Shown here: piece after piece, positions 26,001-26,617 of the stretch
How the letters are laid out: each line of letters begins with the position of its first letter
How positions within the stretch are numbered: position 1 is the first letter of the stretch
Assembly: GCA_021162185.1 (NCBI GenBank)
Contig: JAGGZC010000049.1
Coordinates: forward strand, 1-26,617
DNA length: 26,617 nucleotides
Direction of reading: 5' to 3'
Source of the DNA: Candidatus Woesearchaeota archaeon
Lineage (GTDB): Archaea; Nanobdellota; Nanobdellia; Woesearchaeales; JAGGZC01
Notes under the pieces: generated by a model
The model's database searches: none
The model's input: only the letters and a program-made list of their open reading frames with translations
Told to the model about the DNA's origin: nothing
Program-made: the position numbers and the translations under genes

Positions 26001-26617
26001 AAATGATGTGGGCTTATCTGAATATCAAGTAGTGTTAACCATGGATACTGCTACACTCATAGCTAATGGGAGTATGAATGATAATTGCTCGGATATAAGA
26101 GTTGTTATGAATAACTCACTGATACCATTCTATATAGATAAGACTTATACCTATGGGTGTAACACTACTAATACATGGATATGGGTAAAGATTAATATAA
26201 CTGCTAATAGCAAAAAAGCATTATATGTGTATTATGGCAATCCCAGCGCTACTAGTATGGAGAACAAAGAAGAAGTCTTTAGTTATAATTCTTTAACCCC
26301 TATATTTTATGCGGTTGGTCCTAATAATGCTGACAATGCAGACGTGATAGCATTCTATAATAATACCATTGTGAGTTCTGGGGCTACACAGCTAGACTTG
26401 AATCAGCAAGAAATGGGATTATTACCAGGCACTGATATAAGCCAGGAGAGCCCAGTAAATATTACAAAGATGGCAAACATTGAGTCTCAGAGTACTGGTG
26501 ATGTTTTTGTTCCTATAGGTTTTGCTGGCACGACTTTTGTTTATAGGATTGATAGGGGTACTAATACTTATTATTTCTATGCTCCTTTTAATGATTCTAG
26601 GGTTGAGATTTGTTATG
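20053..26617 (+). CDS. Giant secreted multidomain surface protein/adhesin (at least 2188 aa, 3' end beyond window)
   Basis: Translated by hand line by line with no in-frame stop from ATG 20053 to the window end. Signal peptide MYKKYPVFIALCVIISMLLIPTSLSA; MG2-like motifs, Ig-like DxxPP repeats, Cys-rich block, LYDNG..GD motif, DUF2341-like domain; dozens of N-x-S/T sequons. Confidence 0.93.
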   Translation, partial: MYKKYPVFIALCVIISMLLIPTSLSANNITNPTSNLLNIVVDNDREELRINVDIEDEYILEIYGPSDNNPSTYRYYGRGPNSTVVFYPPINGNYTLSLYNRLHQLVETRSIIFGREETGKEEIIGSKLIYTDKKEYVLGDKVVITIASNLSPGIEVEITTSDASYRSIPNKKELIFFPQTPGDYNLSLLYMGRLISRNHFNVKNKPVVLPRRISIESSPLIDMFTDRILNISKPGIKHIPRIRVLSGNKSIGAIIEVRKEYSSLGIITSAIGQTYSDLVVIPLASKRLLRLNLGRVSQDAGDINLHELRISRETIERIKSQFNFEDPSITITDAFLVDTTNIDMRGDAILEKISTGEIVLLCNDNLSCSDKLYVKPGGKYSVNIGKKRIVILELGVSTINTEHPIYRPGEKVVGYITVLDKNGYTAFSANVTLTITTPSNETIVKTYPGEIEKIQRGVYRFNYTPSMTGKYYLHVDAVGPNVYNSMDSWFYVNDSFPFDITRIEPFSIDPWRGPFTSIIHVKPLIDIDSYVLIENLPKSFEVVSTNGHVYKYNDSVIITWPLRGESNVSYTAQAPLESPAVYKLGEARILYQLDPNSEEEIVFQEARPWLLALDPAAKICNESPCIVPSSLIQCRDNTAGGTEPNQPNTIDACTDGTSGTCHSDESVENITIESLNHSVFRAGDTVRVNITVYCWDGSSDNVNIAYTNNSETPSWRVVAYTDPCPAAGFNTFSYTFKLDDVVGNHTIRGIIQYNGGTSTTCGGGSYDDNDDVTIVVYSKDSTPPSIDDAALNATTIPKGGSVRLITNVTDDTEVNTVWATFMYPNCSKVNKTLTPWGDILYDSSGDLELGEIEKRAQGTPNVSIEQVFYDDFESTGTLTGWTKNPNDATNDWTEDSGANCYGGTGYCAYTIGDGTSNDANIEKTLDLSQYTECYLSYAYKFNSLEAADSFYVEYYNGSSTITLDTYVNGDDDNVWHTVSNINLTPYGLSSLSKIIFREAMSGSRDYAWIDNVNITCKNVTYLPGGETVTEWTVYNDVTDSDYVNIISVNITVETSYYDPSGSVANNTAWPDLELEMFDGSSWNSLGVFNLSSFYTSSSPSSVKHNFSIVTSNQTLLKEWLTATNRDIRIRGAHMDYYNATSIDIINYTSIWVDITYTNSSSYSYEWTDTQLTGRYYVTDIYANDTSSNVNHSTYSDLYFDVVNYGVPEITIHDVEGDTTEPYTFTSQTPTLNFSVDVDATCYVSINDYSYSQMLSDPDAVNCGSYIANTPKTCTYTNTLSVGEQYLYIACNSTFGVENNESNNKDVSLDILCDSHLDCPSNRYCNYAGDCVLDVLTGYNCEGLSYSGNPDNEVCLSNYCVQDTWDFVGWFCAADSDDCVHDDNGNSYDLNYALCSGNDYYRVCSAGHNWSEPINCSKQYDPWNQNATASTHIGDYCGYYGADQTCESGDLDLGSYGCLGGSPTDCGPYIYLGSGVCGSTLDDCDVGCGAECDVDNSTDPELVNSICYYDRSCSASCLWSEKQEEAPEYCINDYDGGPCSYTNRTDPSNEDICYWSPTCLDVIGANMTQSAILRKDYCDYCTPTGNVSGDYSPAPNASCSFDCPNSGIIYYDSGGTPLDRSDDCNNGVSTILMDTLSMGDVWNGSGPAYCDNAECDHDCGPYLVGICIGGASGYCYCNDTDPPELSIVYPENNTWLNTPIVDFQYYANDTGSGIANCSIYINNVLNQTNTSINESGLNHFYVGFTNGTYNWSIKCIDNSDNHLVNDSGNYWLGIDTTNPSLWDPNINNTSFKVNQKICLNISASDTYSGINSVTAVITAPGYPNDIVSLYDNGQGCDIIAGDNVYSLDYTIIYDGTNTWTRAYTYDRAGNYYEISPGLSWSVATGGRLNTSLTSPTSDIEINEELPNNSFILNCTTTCMEGYGTCEDVSIYPQYNYSGWTDINTSTSLLRSNINSYSCGNLTPYVDPWWNTSWLYRRPYTVYNPNDVGLSEYQVVLTMDTATLIANGSMNDNCSDIRVVMNNSLIPFYIDKTYTYGCNTTNTWIWVKINITANSKKALYVYYGNPSATSMENKEEVFSYNSLTPIFYAVGPNNADNADVIAFYNNTIVSSGATQLDLNQQEMGLLPGTDISQESPVNITKMANIESQSTGDVFVPIGFAGTTFVYRIDRGTNTYYFYAPFNDSRVEICY

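Noticed and set aside
20053-26617. Functional alpha-2-macroglobulin or DGR target
   Set aside because: No thioester motif, reverse transcriptase or template/variable repeat pair visible in the window.
1-26617. tRNA or rRNA genes
   Set aside because: No cloverleaf with T-loop GTTCRA context and no rRNA-like segment found; intergenic spaces are short and AT-rich.

Overview
AT-rich archaeal chromosomal window. Evidence for an archaeon: TATA/BRE promoters, GGAGG(TGA) ribosome-binding sites, rpp21 and bud32. A DPANN-like host is inferred from gene content, not proven. (1) 1-2234: the distal end of an integron-like gene-cassette array. Co-oriented small genes (SAM methyltransferase, two tiny membrane proteins, DUF2178 + XRE regulator) are separated by GC-rich palindromes. 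One is a well-formed attC-like site (GTATAAC...GTTATAC) and two are progressively more degenerate; no integrase lies in the window. (2) 2299-10822: housekeeping and envelope genes: membrane protein, phospholipase D, truncated TtuA-like protein, Lon-like S16 protease, Bud32, Rpp21, lipoprotein, secreted coiled-coil protein, GyrB. (3) 10941-14601: a five-gene redox operon between gyrA and gyrB, encoding an extracellular thioredoxin fused to a DsbD/CcdA-like domain, a GcvH-like lipoyl carrier, an AhpD/CMD protein, an atypical NADH-oxidase-family flavoprotein and a lipoate-ligase accessory domain. It looks like a lipoyl-relay thiol-redox system rather than glycine cleavage. (4) 14839-19995: flippase-like protein, GyrA, M32 carboxypeptidase. 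(5) 20053 to the window end: one uninterrupted reading frame of at least 2188 codons, absent from the ORF track because it has no stop in the window, encoding a giant secreted, sequon-rich, Cys-rich multidomain surface protein. No tRNA, rRNA or CRISPR array was seen. All family assignments are from motifs read by eye, not database searches.
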